DNA of 64,000 nucleotides from an uncultured Chloroflexia bacterium (lineage in GTDB: Bacteria > Chloroflexota > Anaerolineae > Anaerolineales > E44-bin32), in contig CAWFSV010000024.1 of the NCBI GenBank assembly GCA_963818575.1, forward strand, positions 65,319-129,318, written 5' to 3'. This document shows, in pieces, positions 31,877-42,092 of the stretch; the stretch's first letter is position 1, and every line of letters begins with the position of its first letter. The translations under genes and the position numbers were made by a program. Below the pieces are notes generated by a model. It did not search any database. It saw only the letters and a program-made list of their open reading frames with translations, and had not been told where the DNA came from.

Positions 31877-32978
31877 CCGAGCAGCCTCTGAAGGACGTAT
31901 TGAATCAGCCAGAGGAGCACCGGGAGCAGGAAGGCCGCCATCAGATTGCGGAACATCCCGCGCGGCCAGGGCCAGGTGGGGATCTTCTCCAGGGCGGCCG
32001 ACTCGAGCTCGAGCGTGGCCAACGCCTTGTGGAACTCATCCATGCCGCTCAGGGGCTCGCGTTCGAGCTCGCTGGTGGAATCGCTGGGTGATGGATTCTC
32101 GCCGGTGGCCAACGTTGGCCAGCTCCGCTTCCTTGCGCTCGACCAGGATGCGGTGCGCGCCCCACAACGGCCAGACGAAGATCAGGATCGGCCACACGTA
32201 GAACGGAACGGTCAAGAAGGACGACCATGACGTAGGACGAGGGCATGGCTCCGGGCTGAACGCCCGGGTCGGCCAGCCATGGGTAGGTGTAGACGGCGAA
32301 CCCGAGCGCGGTCAGCGCGGTCAGCCCGGCCAGGGCGTACACCGGCTGCAGGCGATACAGGTCCACCTGGGTTTGATGGGTATAGATGCGGCTGACGGTT
32401 CGCATCTGGTGGATGGTGTGGTAGATCAGCGTGAACCAGAACCACAGGGTTGGGATGAAGGTGATCAAGCATGAAGGCGAACGCGGTCGGCGAGGCATTC
32501 AAGCCGAACATCGGATAGTCGCTGAAGATCCACCTGACCGGCCGCGACGGAGATGGCGCCAAAGGCGAAACCGATGAGTCCAGCCACGATCGTCGGGCGG
32601 GGAGGCAGCGTCGTCAATTCGTATTGCAGGCGCGGATAGGGTGAAGCGTCGGGCCGCAGCGCCGGCCGGAAACGTTCGAGGGCCGTGATAGCCCGCCGGT
32701 CGAAGGCGTGCATCAGGAAGATCGCCAGGACGTAGTTGACGGGAAAGAAGAACTGGAAGAACTGGACGCCGTGCGTGGCGAAGATGCCATCCCGCCACAG
32801 GATCGTCACCTGGATGCACCTCGAGGAGGAGGGCCACGATCAGGTAGAACGACCACCACGGGATGGGCAGGCGATCGACCCAGTCGGTGAACCGGTCGAC
32901 CCAGGAAGGGGGATAGGGCGGAACGAAGGCCGGCACCGGAGTCCGGGGTGGAGACGAGCGCTTGGATTTGGGAGGCAT
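31873..32978 (-). CDS. Paralog B of the same family; ~5 frame breaks
   Basis: Pieces 32499..32978 (MPPKSKRSSPPRTPVPAFVPPYPPSWVDRFTDWVDRLPIPWW), 32465..32809 (YELTTLPPRPT), 32212..32562, 32049..32498 (IYHTIHQMRTVSRIY, LYRLQPVYA), an unlisted piece (WPLWGAHRILVERKEAEL) and 31873..32112 (EKIPTWPWPRGMFRNLMAAFLLPVLLWLIQYVLQRLLG). Confidence 0.65.
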
Positions 32979-33056
32979 TGGTCCTCGGTTTGCGTTCTTG
33001 ACCCTTGGCTCTGATCGCGGGCGACTGACCGCAGACGACAGTTCGATGCCGGCTCC

Positions 33057-34164
33057 CTACTGCAGCATCCTTCCAAGACCGAACTGAATGAGCCACACGG
33101 TGATGGGAAGGAGCACGGCGGCCAGAAGCCCGCGCGGCGTGCCGGGCGACCAGGGCCATGTGGGGATGCGGTTCACGTCGGCCGCCTCCATCTCGAGCAC
33201 CGCCAATGCCTTGTGGGACGCTTCGATGGCCCGCGCCTGGCTGTTGTCGAGCGAGGAGGTGGAAGCTGGCGTACGCAACCTGTTTCCGCCGCGCAATCTC
33301 CGTCAGGGCCTCGGCCTTTCGCTGCACCAGACACCCGGTGCACCCCCCACAGTGGGGAGAGGAAGATGAAGGCGGCCAGGACGGCGTCGAATGCCGTCCA
33401 GATGATCTGCACCCCAACCCCGACCCCGGTCGGCTGCGACAGCAGGAACCAGCCGGCGCCAAAGAGGATCCAGATCGCGGCGGTGACGGCGGTGACGTTG
33501 GAGAAGGCGTACAGCGGGCGGAGGTGGAACAGGTCGGCCTGGACGCGGCGGGTGAGGAGATCGTTGATGACCCACAGCTGATGGAACGAATGGACGACGA
33601 AGATCGGGAAGAGAGTGATGTTGATGACCCCGACAACCGTGGCCGCCACTCGGGCGAAAGTGGTAAGCGCGCCGGAGGCGAAGAACTCGTAGAACCCCGA
33701 TTGGCAGGATGATCGAGAGACCCGCACCGACCAGGATCGCCCAGCGCACTGACGAGGCAGGTAGTGTCGTCAAGCGATAGCGAAGGACCTGCGTCTCATC
33801 GTCAGAATTGTGCAAGAGCGGTCGAGTAGCATCCAGCGCGGTTCCCGCCAGGCGGTCGATGTAGTGCATGAAACAGAAGGCGAGCGCGGGTTGGATGGCG
33901 GTGACGAAGTCGGTGTAGTCGCCTCCCCGGTAGACGGCGCCGGTGACACGCAGGGCGAGCTGCCACGGCGGCTGGGGGTAGGGCCATCAAGGCGTAGGCC
34001 AACCAGGCGGGAATGGGAAGGCGGTCGACCCAGGCCGTGAAGCGATCGAAGGCGCTGGGGGGGTAGGGCGGGAGGAACCGTGGCTTGGTGGACGAAGATG
34101 CGCCGGCCGCCGGCTTCGCCGAGCGAACACGTGGCGTCGAGCGGGCGTTGGTCGGTCGTTTCAT
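33057..34164 (-). CDS. Paralog C of the same family; ~4 frame breaks
   Basis: ATG 34164 (MKRPTNARST...PRFLPPYPPSAFDRFTAWVDRLPIPAW), 33303..33869 (RYRLTTLPASS), 33173..33727 (VHSFHQLWVINDLL, LFHLRPLYAFS, SPLWGVHRV) and 33057..33296 (NRIPTWPWSPGTPRGLLAAVLLPITVWLIQFGLGRMLQ). The ATG overlaps the stop of D (ATGA). Confidence 0.65.
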
Positions 34165-35231
34165 CCCAACAGCCTCCCCAATCCAAACTGGACCAGCCAC
34201 AACAGGACGGGCAGGAGGACCGCCCCCACCAGGTTGCGCAGCGTTCCCGCCGCCCAGGGCCATGTGGGGACTTTGCTTATTTCGGCGTGCTCGGCCTGGA
34301 AGGCGTCCAGAGCCTTGTGGAGTGGATCCACCTTCTCGAGCTCCCCGGCATCCAGAGCCTGGCGGAGCTGAGCGCGCCCGGAGGCCTTTCGCCGCGGCGA
34401 GCTCGGCCAACGCCGCGTCCTTGGCCTCGGAGAGTTGACGATGGGCGCCCCACAGGGGCCAGGCGAAGATCACCACGACGGCGACAAGATTGAAGAGCGT
34501 TTCAACGACGGTGACCGGATTGAGCGGATCGCCCCCCGGCTGGGCCAGAAACCAGCCGTAATTGAAGATCACGATGCCGATCGCCGTCAGGCTCGGTCAC
34601 GCGCGACAGGGCGTACATCGGCCGGATCGTCGAAAGGCGAACCTGGGCGTGATCGCGGTGCAGGCGATGGATCTCCCGCAGCTGATACCAAATGTGAAAG
34701 AAGAACGGGTAAGAGGAAAGATACAGGAAGGTGAGGATGACGAGGAAGAGGACCGGGAGGCGCTCGAGCCCCCCGGTCTGGAGCTGGGACATCTCCCATT
34801 GCCCCAGTGGAAGGCTGATGATCGTTCCGACGGCGGTGAAGATGAGCGTCGGCCGGGCGGGCAGCGTCGTGATGCGGTAGACAGCGGTGGCAAAGGCTCG
34901 GTCGTCGCCGCGGAAGGCGGGACGGAAGCGCTGCATGGCCGAGGCCGCCGCATGGTCCAAGGCGTGCGTCAGGGCGAGCAGATAGACCGCCAGCGTCGGC
35001 AGCCAGATCTGCATCGGGTGGAACCCCACGGCGGCGTAGACCCCGGTCTGCCGCAGCGCCAGGGCGATGGCGCCGCAGTAGGCGAGCGCAAGCAGGACAT
35101 AGAAGAGCCACCACGGGATGGGCAGACGGTCAACCCAGTCGGTGAAACGGTCGACGAAGCTCGGCGGGTAGGGCGGAACGATGGCCCCCGCAGTGGAGTG
35201 GGCCGTGGGGTTCGACGTCTGATCGTGCCAT
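34161..35231 (-). CDS. Paralog D of the same family; at least 3 frame breaks
   Basis: ATG 35231 with a GGAGG RBS is out of frame with the body. The body lies in the 34502..35479 frame (IVPPYPPSFVDRFTDWVDRLPIPWW, YRITTLPARPT, FHIWYQLREIHRLH, IRPMYALS), then the 33802..34572 frame (AWPLWGAHRQL). Own translation of the end gives KVPTWPWAAGTLRNLVGAVLLPVLLWLVQFGLGRLLG. Confidence 0.65.
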
Positions 35232-35775
35232 GGTGCCTCCCGGCAGGGCCTCCCACGACGGAACGGGTGCGGTCCGACCGCCAAGTTCTTCAGGGGTAAT
35301 CGCGTCGATGTGCGAAGGGGTGGCGCGTAGCCACGGTCGCCCGGCGTTGCGCCTGCGGCCTTGAGGTCGGCGGCAGGGCGAGCAAGCACAGGGCGAGGGC
35401 GGATTCGCCGGTCCTGTCTGTGGGATTCCTGGGAGGGTCGCTGGAGTCCGTGAGGGAGCGCAATCACGAGTAAGCCCACCGCAATAGGCGTAGTTTACTA
35501 CGCAAGGTGGGTTTTGACGTGAAGTGGGTAGCTCGGCCTTACCCGCCGCAGGGACCCTCCAGGATTACCGCCTGACTGCAATTCGGCCGCAGGCTGCTTC
35601 AGCAGACCGATCTCGGGCCTGTTGGGGGAGCGTATCGAGGGCGGACTCGCGTCGCGCTGCTCTATGGGCGCAGCTGAAGCTCGGCCAGGTGCCCCGGACG
35701 GCTAGGGGGAGATGGACCACCGGAGGCCCGAAGGCGACTTCGTTGCGGCCCGAACCCGGGCGGCGCAGTCGTCGC

Positions 35776-36953
35776 CTACGGAAGGACCCGCTGGAGGATG
35801 TACTGGACCAGCCAGATCACGAGCGGGAGCACGAGCGTGACCGCCACGCCGCGCAGTGTGCCGGGCTCCCACGGCCAGGTGGGGATACGTTGGAGGGCCG
35901 CTCGCTCGATCTCCAGGCTGCTGAGCGTCTTGTTGAGGTCATCCATCTTCGTCATGGCCTTCTTGTCTACCCGCTGGTGCAGTTCGGTCACGGCCGCCTC
36001 GAAACGGCGGGCGCTCTCCGCCAGCGCTTTCCTCTTCTCCGCCACCAGCCGGCGATGGATCCCGAGCAGCGGCCAGGCGAAGATCACGGCCGACGCCACG
36101 GCAAAGAAGATGCCCAAGACGATGCTGATGGGCTGAGCGAGGAACTCAGGGCCCGCCGCGAACCAGGTGTAGTTGTACAGGATCAATCCGCCCGAGGTGA
36201 TGGCGGCCGGCACGGAGAACGCGTACAGCGGCTGCAGTCGATACAGGTTCAGCCGGGCGAAGGTCAGGTAGATGCGGCTGATCTCCCGGAGCTGATGGAT
36301 CGAGTGGTAGATGAAGACGCCGGCGACGGCCTCGGAGAACGCCATCTGGATCAGGAAGACGGCCATGGCGCCCGGCGAGGTCGACATGCGACCCCAGGCG
36401 AAGGCGGCCGTCAGGGAATAGGTCGTCGCGCCGGGAGGGCGGAAGACAAGCAGGGGGATGACAACGCCCAGGAGCACGCCGGCCAGAGACGCCCACAGCG
36501 TCGGCCAAGGGGGCAAGGTCGTCAGGCGGTAGCGCAACTCCTCCAGGGAGGATCCCTTGTCCGCAGGACCTTCCCGTGATCGACGGGGAAGATCGAGGAC
36601 GGGACGGAAGGTCTCGAGGGCGGCGGCCGCCGATCGGTCGAGGAGACTCATCAAGCCCAGCAGGTAGGCGAATTGCGAGCCCAGAAAGAGGTGAAGGACG
36701 AGGTACTTCCCCGGATGGTAGGCGCCGGCGAGCATCTGCACCCCGATCAGCACGAGCATCCCGGCCACTCCCAACAGCAGGTAAGCCAGCCAGGATGGAC
36801 CGGGCAGGCGGTCGATCCGCCTGGCTAGCCGGTCGTACCAGCTCGGCGGGTAGGGCGGGACGAAAACAGCCGGAGGCGTAGCCGAAGCTTGAGGCTGGAC
36901 CGCCTTCGGCGGCTTTCGCCTTACGGGAGAGTGTTGAGGCACGTCGAACTCAT
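35776..36953 (-). CDS. Paralog E of the same family (best preserved; 1 break near 36922)
   Basis: The last ~383 codons of ORF 35776..37563 are one frame: VFVPPYPPSWYDRLARRIDRLPGPSW, RYRLTTLPPWPT, IYHSIHQLREISRIY, LYRLQPLYAFS, AWPLLGIHRRL, QRIPTWPWEPGTLRGVAVTLVLPLVIWLVQYILQRVLP. ATG 36953 overlaps the stop of F (ATGA). Confidence 0.75.
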
Positions 36954-38132
36954 GGGAGCAGCCTTTCCGCACCAAGCTGGATCGCCCAGATGAGGATGGG
37001 GAAGATGAGCGCCACGAGCAGGCCGCGAGCGTTCCTTGCTCCCAGGGCCATGTGGCGATACGGGATAGAGCACTGCGCTCGAGGTCAAGACTTGCCAGGG
37101 CCTTATTCAGTTCATCCATGCCTATCAGGTTTCGGCGGTCCATCCGCGCGTGAAGATCGGCAATCCCGGATTCCAGACGGCGGGTGTTCTCCTCGAGCAG
37201 GCGCTCCTTCTCGGCAGCGAGCAGGCGGTGCACGCCCAACAGCGGCCAGGCGAAAGTAACGGCGACGATGGCAGCCCAGAGGATCCCGCCCAGGAGCAAG
37301 AAGGCAGGTTGGGCTCGGAATCCGGAGGCTGTCAGGCTGAAGATGTAGAAGAAGCAAATCGTCCCGATCGTCGTCTGCTGCGTGACACGAGAGAAGGCAT
37401 ACAGGGGACCAAGGTGCAGCAGGCGAACGCGGGTGTGTCGGGTGTAGATGCGACTGATCACGCGCAACTGATGGATCGTGTGATAAAGGAATACGGCGAT
37501 CGTCCACCACACCACCAGGAGCACCAGCGACGACCACAGAGACGGAGAGAGGTGTCGGGGCAATCTGAAAGAGCTGGGGCCCGAGGTCGATAATACTCAC
37601 CCGGCTTCCCGGCCGGAGAATCCAATCTGTCGAACAGCATCAGAAGGCTATTCACCAGCACCAGCCCAGCGGCAAGGCGCGTCGTCGGCCTGGCGGGGAG
37701 CGTCGTCAAGCGGTACTGCAGGTCGCGGCTTGTCGCCGGGGTGGCCAGCGAGAGCGGGGCGGAATTGATCGAAGGCGCTGGCGGCCAGACGGTCCAAGTA
37801 ATGCGTCAGTGCCAGCATGAACGGGGACCATGCGGCGAACAAGACGTGGAACGGCCGGATCTCGCCGGGCGGGTAGCCGCCTTCGCGCCACTGGATCAGC
37901 GTCAACATCCCAAAGATCACCAGTCCAAAGAGCCCGTAAACAACGTAGGCGGAGATACGGAGCCGGTCCAGGCGCGCGCTGCAGCCGGTCGAACCAACTC
38001 GGTGGGTAGGGCGGGATGAAAGGCGGCTGCTCCGCCGACGGCGCCGAGGCGCGCCGTTCGCCCGGCCTTCTTCGGCGCCTCTTCGGGCAGGCCGGAACGG
38101 AAGGGGAGGGTTGGACTCTTGCGTTTGCTCAT
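36950..38132 (-). CDS. Paralog F of the same family; ~5 frame breaks
   Basis: ATG 38132 lies 3 nt after the reductase stop. Pieces: 37917..38132; a short piece IPPYPPSWFDRL; the tail of 37648..38754 (ARLDRLRISAYVVYG...FDQFRPAL); 37458..37709 (YRLTTLPARPTT); the head of 35776..37563 (LYHTIHQLRVISRIY, AWPLLGVHRLL, SRIATWPW). The final 25 codons are in another frame (RGLLVALIFPILIWAIQLGAERLLP). Confidence 0.65.
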
Positions 38133-38135
38133 CTC

Positions 38136-39121
38136 TCAGACCACTCCGTGCGCCCGGTACCAGGCCAGGGCTTCGACGATCGCCTGGCGCGCCGTCCGCG
38201 TGCGCGCCAGGCCGAGCTCGGCTGCGCGCCTTGGACGTGTCGCAGAACAAACGGTGACGGCTGAGGCGGAGCTGGTTGCCATCCAATGGCATGGGCACCA
38301 CGCTCCGGACGAGGTCGAGCGCCGTCGCCGCCGGCTCGATGGCCCAGTTCGGAAGGCGAAGCCACGGCGGCTGGGAGCCGACCACCTCCGCCAGCAGCGT
38401 GAAGAGCTGCAAGTGAGTCAGGTTCTCACCACCGAGGATGTAGCGCTCGCCGCTGCGGCCTCGTTCGGCAGCCGCCAGGTGCCCGGCGGCGACATCGTCG
38501 ATGTGGACGATGTTGGTGCCGCCGCCGGTGTACAGAAACGTCCGCCCGCGCGCCGCCTGGATCACAAGCGACCCGCTGATCTGGTGCACGTCGCCGGCGC
38601 CGATCACGATCGACGGGTTGACGACCACCACCTCGAGCGACTCGCCGGCGTCCTTCAACGCCTCGAGCTCTGCCTGGCGTTTGGCATAGCCATAGGGGAA
38701 GCGCTTGGCCGGCAGGTTGAAGGTGTGCGCCTCGGTGAGCAGCTCGCTTGCCAACGGGTACGCCCAGCGCCGCCATCGACGAGGTCAGGATCAATCGCTC
38801 GACGCCGGCTTGCCGGCAGGCGAGCACGATGTTGCGCGTCCCCTCGACCGCCCCGCGGATCACCTGCTCGGGCCGCAGGCGCCAGTAGGCCGCCACGGCC
38901 GCGGCGTGGAACACCCAGCGCACCCCGGCGACGGCGGGAGCCAGGGACTCGGGATCGAGGATGTCGCCGACGCGGCGGTCGACGCGCAGGCCCTCCAGCG
39001 CGGAGAGGTCGGACGAGGGACGGTGCAGGGCACGGACCTCGAGGCCCTGCTGGGCCAGGTGGCGGCAGACGGCCGATCCGAGGAAGCCGCTGGCGCCGGT
39101 GACCAGGACCGGGTCAGGCAA
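38136..39121 (-). CDS. HpnA-like NAD-dependent epimerase/dehydratase-family reductase, paralog 2 (possible 3-keto reductase); 2 frame breaks (~38760, ~38230)
   Basis: ORF 38426..39121 (TTG start; [12 protein letters not shown]...) joins ORF 37648..38754 (YGYAKRQAE...[13 protein letters not shown]...). Own translation of the end gives AAELGLARTRTARQAIVEALAWYRAHGVV, with the stop at 38136. Confidence 0.75.
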
Positions 39122-40296
39122 TCAGGCCCAGCCCCCGGCCGACCTCGCCCAGGATCGACAGGGCGCGGTCGATCTGCTCGTCGGTGTGGGTGGCCATGTA
39201 GCTCGTCCGCAGCAGGCACTGATCCGCGGGAACCGCCGGCGAGATGACGGCGTTGACGTACAGCCCGGCCTCGTAGCAGCAGCTTCCAGGCTTCCATCGT
39301 GCGGTCGAGGGTGCCGGTGATGATCGGGATGATCGGCGTGACGCTGGGGCCCATGTTGAATCCCAGCGCCACCAGCCCGGCGCGCATGCGCTCGGTGACC
39401 GCCCACAGGCGGTCGACGCGCTCGGGCTCGCGCTCCATGATGTCGAGGGCGGCCAGGACGGCGGCCACGTTGGAGGCGGGCATCGAGGCGCTGAAGATCA
39501 GCGAGCGGGCGTGGTGCTGGATGTAGTGGATCGGGTCCTCGTCGCCGGCGATGAAGCCTCCCAGCGAAGCGAAGGACTTGCTGAAGGTGCCCATGATCAG
39601 GTCGACCTGATCGGTGACGCCGAAGTGGGCGGCCGTGCCGCGGCCGCGGGCCATCACGCCCAGGCTGTGGGCATCGTCGACCATCAGGCGCGCGCCGTGC
39701 TTGCGGCAGATCGGGACGATCTCCGGCAGCGGCGCCAGGTCGCCGCCCATGCTGTACACGCCGTCGACGACGACCAGCCGCCCGGCCTTGGGGTCGATGC
39801 CGGCCAGCTGCCGGTCGAGGTGGGCCATGTCGTTGTGCGAGAAGCGGCGCATCTCGCCGAAGGACAGCATGCAGCCGTCGACGATGCTGGCGTGGTCATC
39901 CTTGTCGGCCAGGACGATGTCGCCGCGGGCGACGATGGACGAGATCGTGCCCAGGTTGGTCTGGTAGCCGGTGCTGAAGACCAGGGCCGCCTGCTTGCCG
40001 ACGAAGGCCGCCAGGCGCGCCTCGAGTTCCTGGTGCAGCGCCAGCGTGCCGTTCAGGAAACGCGAACCGGTGCAGGAGGTGCCGTAGCGGGCGATGGCGT
40101 CGATGGCTGCCTGGCGGACGCGGGCGTCGGTGGTCAGGCCCAGATAGTTGTTCGAGCCGATCATCAGCAGCCGCCGGCCGCCGATGGTCACCTCGGTCCC
40201 TTCGGTGTCCTCCAGGGGCAGGAAATACGGATAGTAGCCGGCGGCCTTCGCCAGCTTGGCGTCCATATACGACTGGGCCTTCTCGAAGATATCCAT
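39114..40296 (-). CDS. PLP-dependent alpha-oxoamine synthase, serine palmitoyltransferase-like; 1 frame break (~39265)
   Basis: ATG 40296 within ORF 38860..40815. SNNYLGLT, GSRFLNGT (SPT-like rather than BioF/KBL-like as far as I recall), DDAHS, GTFSKSF (PLP lysine). Own translation of the end gives EAGLYVNAVISPAVPADQCLLRTSYMATHTDEQIDRALSILGEV, with the stop at 39114. Confidence 0.75.
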
Positions 40297-40372
40297 ACCG
40301 TCTCCCTGGGAGCGCAACGATGCCGGAGGTGATGGGTGAGGCTGGCGGGTCCCCTGGCGAAGGGGTCCCGCA

Positions 40373-40401
40373 AGGATACGGGAGCCGGAGGGGAAAGTCA
40401 A
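40373..40401 (-). promoter_or_regulatory. Promoter candidate for the SPT-like operon (minus strand): TTGACT, 17 nt, TATCCT
   Basis: Read directly: -35 is the reverse complement of 40396..40401 and -10 the reverse complement of 40373..40378, ~75 nt upstream of ATG 40296. Confidence 0.45.
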
Positions 40402-40461
40402 CGCTGGACGGGCCGCATCCCCCGGGCGCGGCGGCGAAGGATGCGCCGGCGCGGCGACCGA

Positions 40462-40489
40462 TTGACGACTTCCGGGCAACCGGTATAAT
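40462..40489 (+). promoter_or_regulatory. Near-consensus sigma-70 promoter: TTGACG, 16 nt, TATAAT, driving the serS leader
   Basis: Read directly: -35 at 40462..40467 and -10 at 40484..40489. Confidence 0.65.
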
Positions 40490-40495
40490 CTGGGC

Positions 40496-40813
40496 CACAA
40501 ATCAGCGGCGCAGCATGCGAAGCATGCGCCGTCTTCGACGAGCGCGGAGAACAGTACGGGGCCGCGTCCTACCAGAGAGCCGCCGGCCGACGGGTGCGAG
40601 GCGGCAGGACCGGAACCGGAATCCACTCCGCCGCCCCACCGGGGCCGTCGCTCCCGCAGGAGCCCCGCAGGGGGCTGTAAGGGAGCCGGGTTCGCCCGAT
40701 AACGCGAGCACAGGCCGCCGTCTGGCGAGGGCGGCGAACGCAGGTGGCACCACGAGCGCCCTCTCGTCCTGCAGGATGAGGGGGCGTTGCCTTCGGGCCA
40801 CCGGGAGGTCGGC
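40496..40813 (+). promoter_or_regulatory. T-box leader (tRNA-Ser sensing, UCC specifier) upstream of serS
   Basis: In the expected order: AG bulge AGAGA (40574..40578), distal loop GGUGCGA (40593..40599), specifier context GAA-UCC-A (UCC 40622..40624), T-box sequence AACGCAGGUGGCACCACGAG (40737..40756). A long hairpin CGCCCUCUCGUCC-UGCA-GGAUGAGGGGGCG follows, just before SD GGGAGG (40803..40808). Confidence 0.7.
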
Positions 40814-42092
40814 ATGCAGGACTTGCAGGAGATCCGTGCCCATCCCGATCAGGTGCGGGCGTCGCTCGCCCGGCGCGGGATCGAGCCGCCGATCGATACG
40901 CTGCTGGCGCTGGATTCCGACCGGCGGGCGCTGCTGACGCAGGTCGAGCAGCTCAAGGCCGAGCGCAATCGCGTCTCGAAAGAGATCGGCCAGATGAAGG
41001 ACGCCGCCGGCCGCGAGGTGCGCATCGGCGAGATGCGCGCCATCGGGCAGCACATCGAGGCGCTGGACGTCAGCGTGCGCGAGAAGGAAACGGCGCTGCA
41101 CGAGCTGCTGGCGGGGCTGCCGAACGTGCCCGACGCCGACGTCCCCGACGGACCGGACGAGACGTTCAACGTCGTCGAGCGTACCGTCGGCGAGCCGAAG
41201 CGTTTCGACTTCGAGCCGCGCCCGCACTGGGACCTCGGGCCGGCGCTCGGCATCCTGGACTTCGAGCGCGGGGTCAAGCTGACCGGTTCGCGGTTCTACG
41301 TGCTGAGCGGCGCCGGGGCGCGCCTGCAGCGGGCGCTGATCGCCTGGATGCTCGACCTGCACATCGCGGCAGGGCTACCTGGAGAAGTACACGCCGTTCG
41401 TCGTGCGTGAGGAGACGCTCTTCGCCGCCGGGCAGCTGCCGAAGTTCCGGGACAACCTGTACCACGACCACGAAGAGAACCTGTGGCTGGTTCCCACGGC
41501 CGAGGTGCCGCTGACCGGGCTGCACATGGACGAGATCCTCGACGGGGGCACGCTGCCCCGAAGGTACACCGCCTACACGCCGTGCTTCCGGCGCGAGAAG
41601 ATGTCGGCCGGGCGCGACGTGCGCGGCATCAAGCGCGGCCACCAGTTCGACAAGGTCGAGATGTACACCTTCTGCGCGCCGGAGGACTCGGAGGCCGAGC
41701 TCGAACGCATGCTGTCGCACGCCGAGCAGACGTGCGCCGACCTCGGCTTCGCCTACCGGGTCAAGAAGCTGTGCGCCGGCGACCTGGGCTTCTCGGCGCG
41801 CAAGACCTACGACGTCGAGGTCTGGGCGCCGGGGTGCGGCGAGTGGCTCGAAGTCTCGTCGGTCTCGAACTGCGGCGACTTCCAGGCGCGGCGCGCCAAC
41901 GCCCGCTACCGGCGGGAGCTGGGCGCCAAACCGCAGCTGGTGCACACGCTGAACGGGTCGGGGCTGGGGCTGCCGCGCACGCTGATCGCCGTGCTGGAGA
42001 ACTACCAGCAGGCGGATGGCACGGTCATCGTGCCGGCCGTGCTGCGGCCGTGGATGGGCGGCGTGGACATGCTCACCCCCGAAAGCGCCTGA
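40814..42092 (+). CDS. serS: Seryl-tRNA synthetase; 1 frame break (~41365)
   Basis: ORF 40787..41410 from ATG 40814 (coiled-coil arm, HWDLG...[15 protein letters not shown]) joins ORF 41403..42092 ([11 protein letters not shown]...TAEVPLTG...[28 protein letters not shown]...[11 protein letters not shown]). Confidence 0.9.

Noticed and set aside
35776-37563. 595-aa ORF taken as a single gene
   Set aside because: It fuses the C-terminal two thirds of paralog F to paralog E. A frame break removes F's natural stop, and the ATGA junction at 36950-36953 and the restart of the family N-terminal motifs show two genes.
30805-38132. Programmed ribosomal frameshifting as an explanation for the many frame breaks
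   Set aside because: The breaks number up to five per gene and occur in both directions, without recurring slippery heptamers or downstream structures. Similar breaks occur in unrelated genes, including serS. Indel errors or decay are far more parsimonious.
38860-40815. 651-aa ORF spanning the SPT-like gene and upstream leader
   Set aside because: The first ~170 codons run through the promoter/leader region with no RBS. The last ~85 codons are frame-shifted read-through into the reductase gene. The real gene is 39114..40296.
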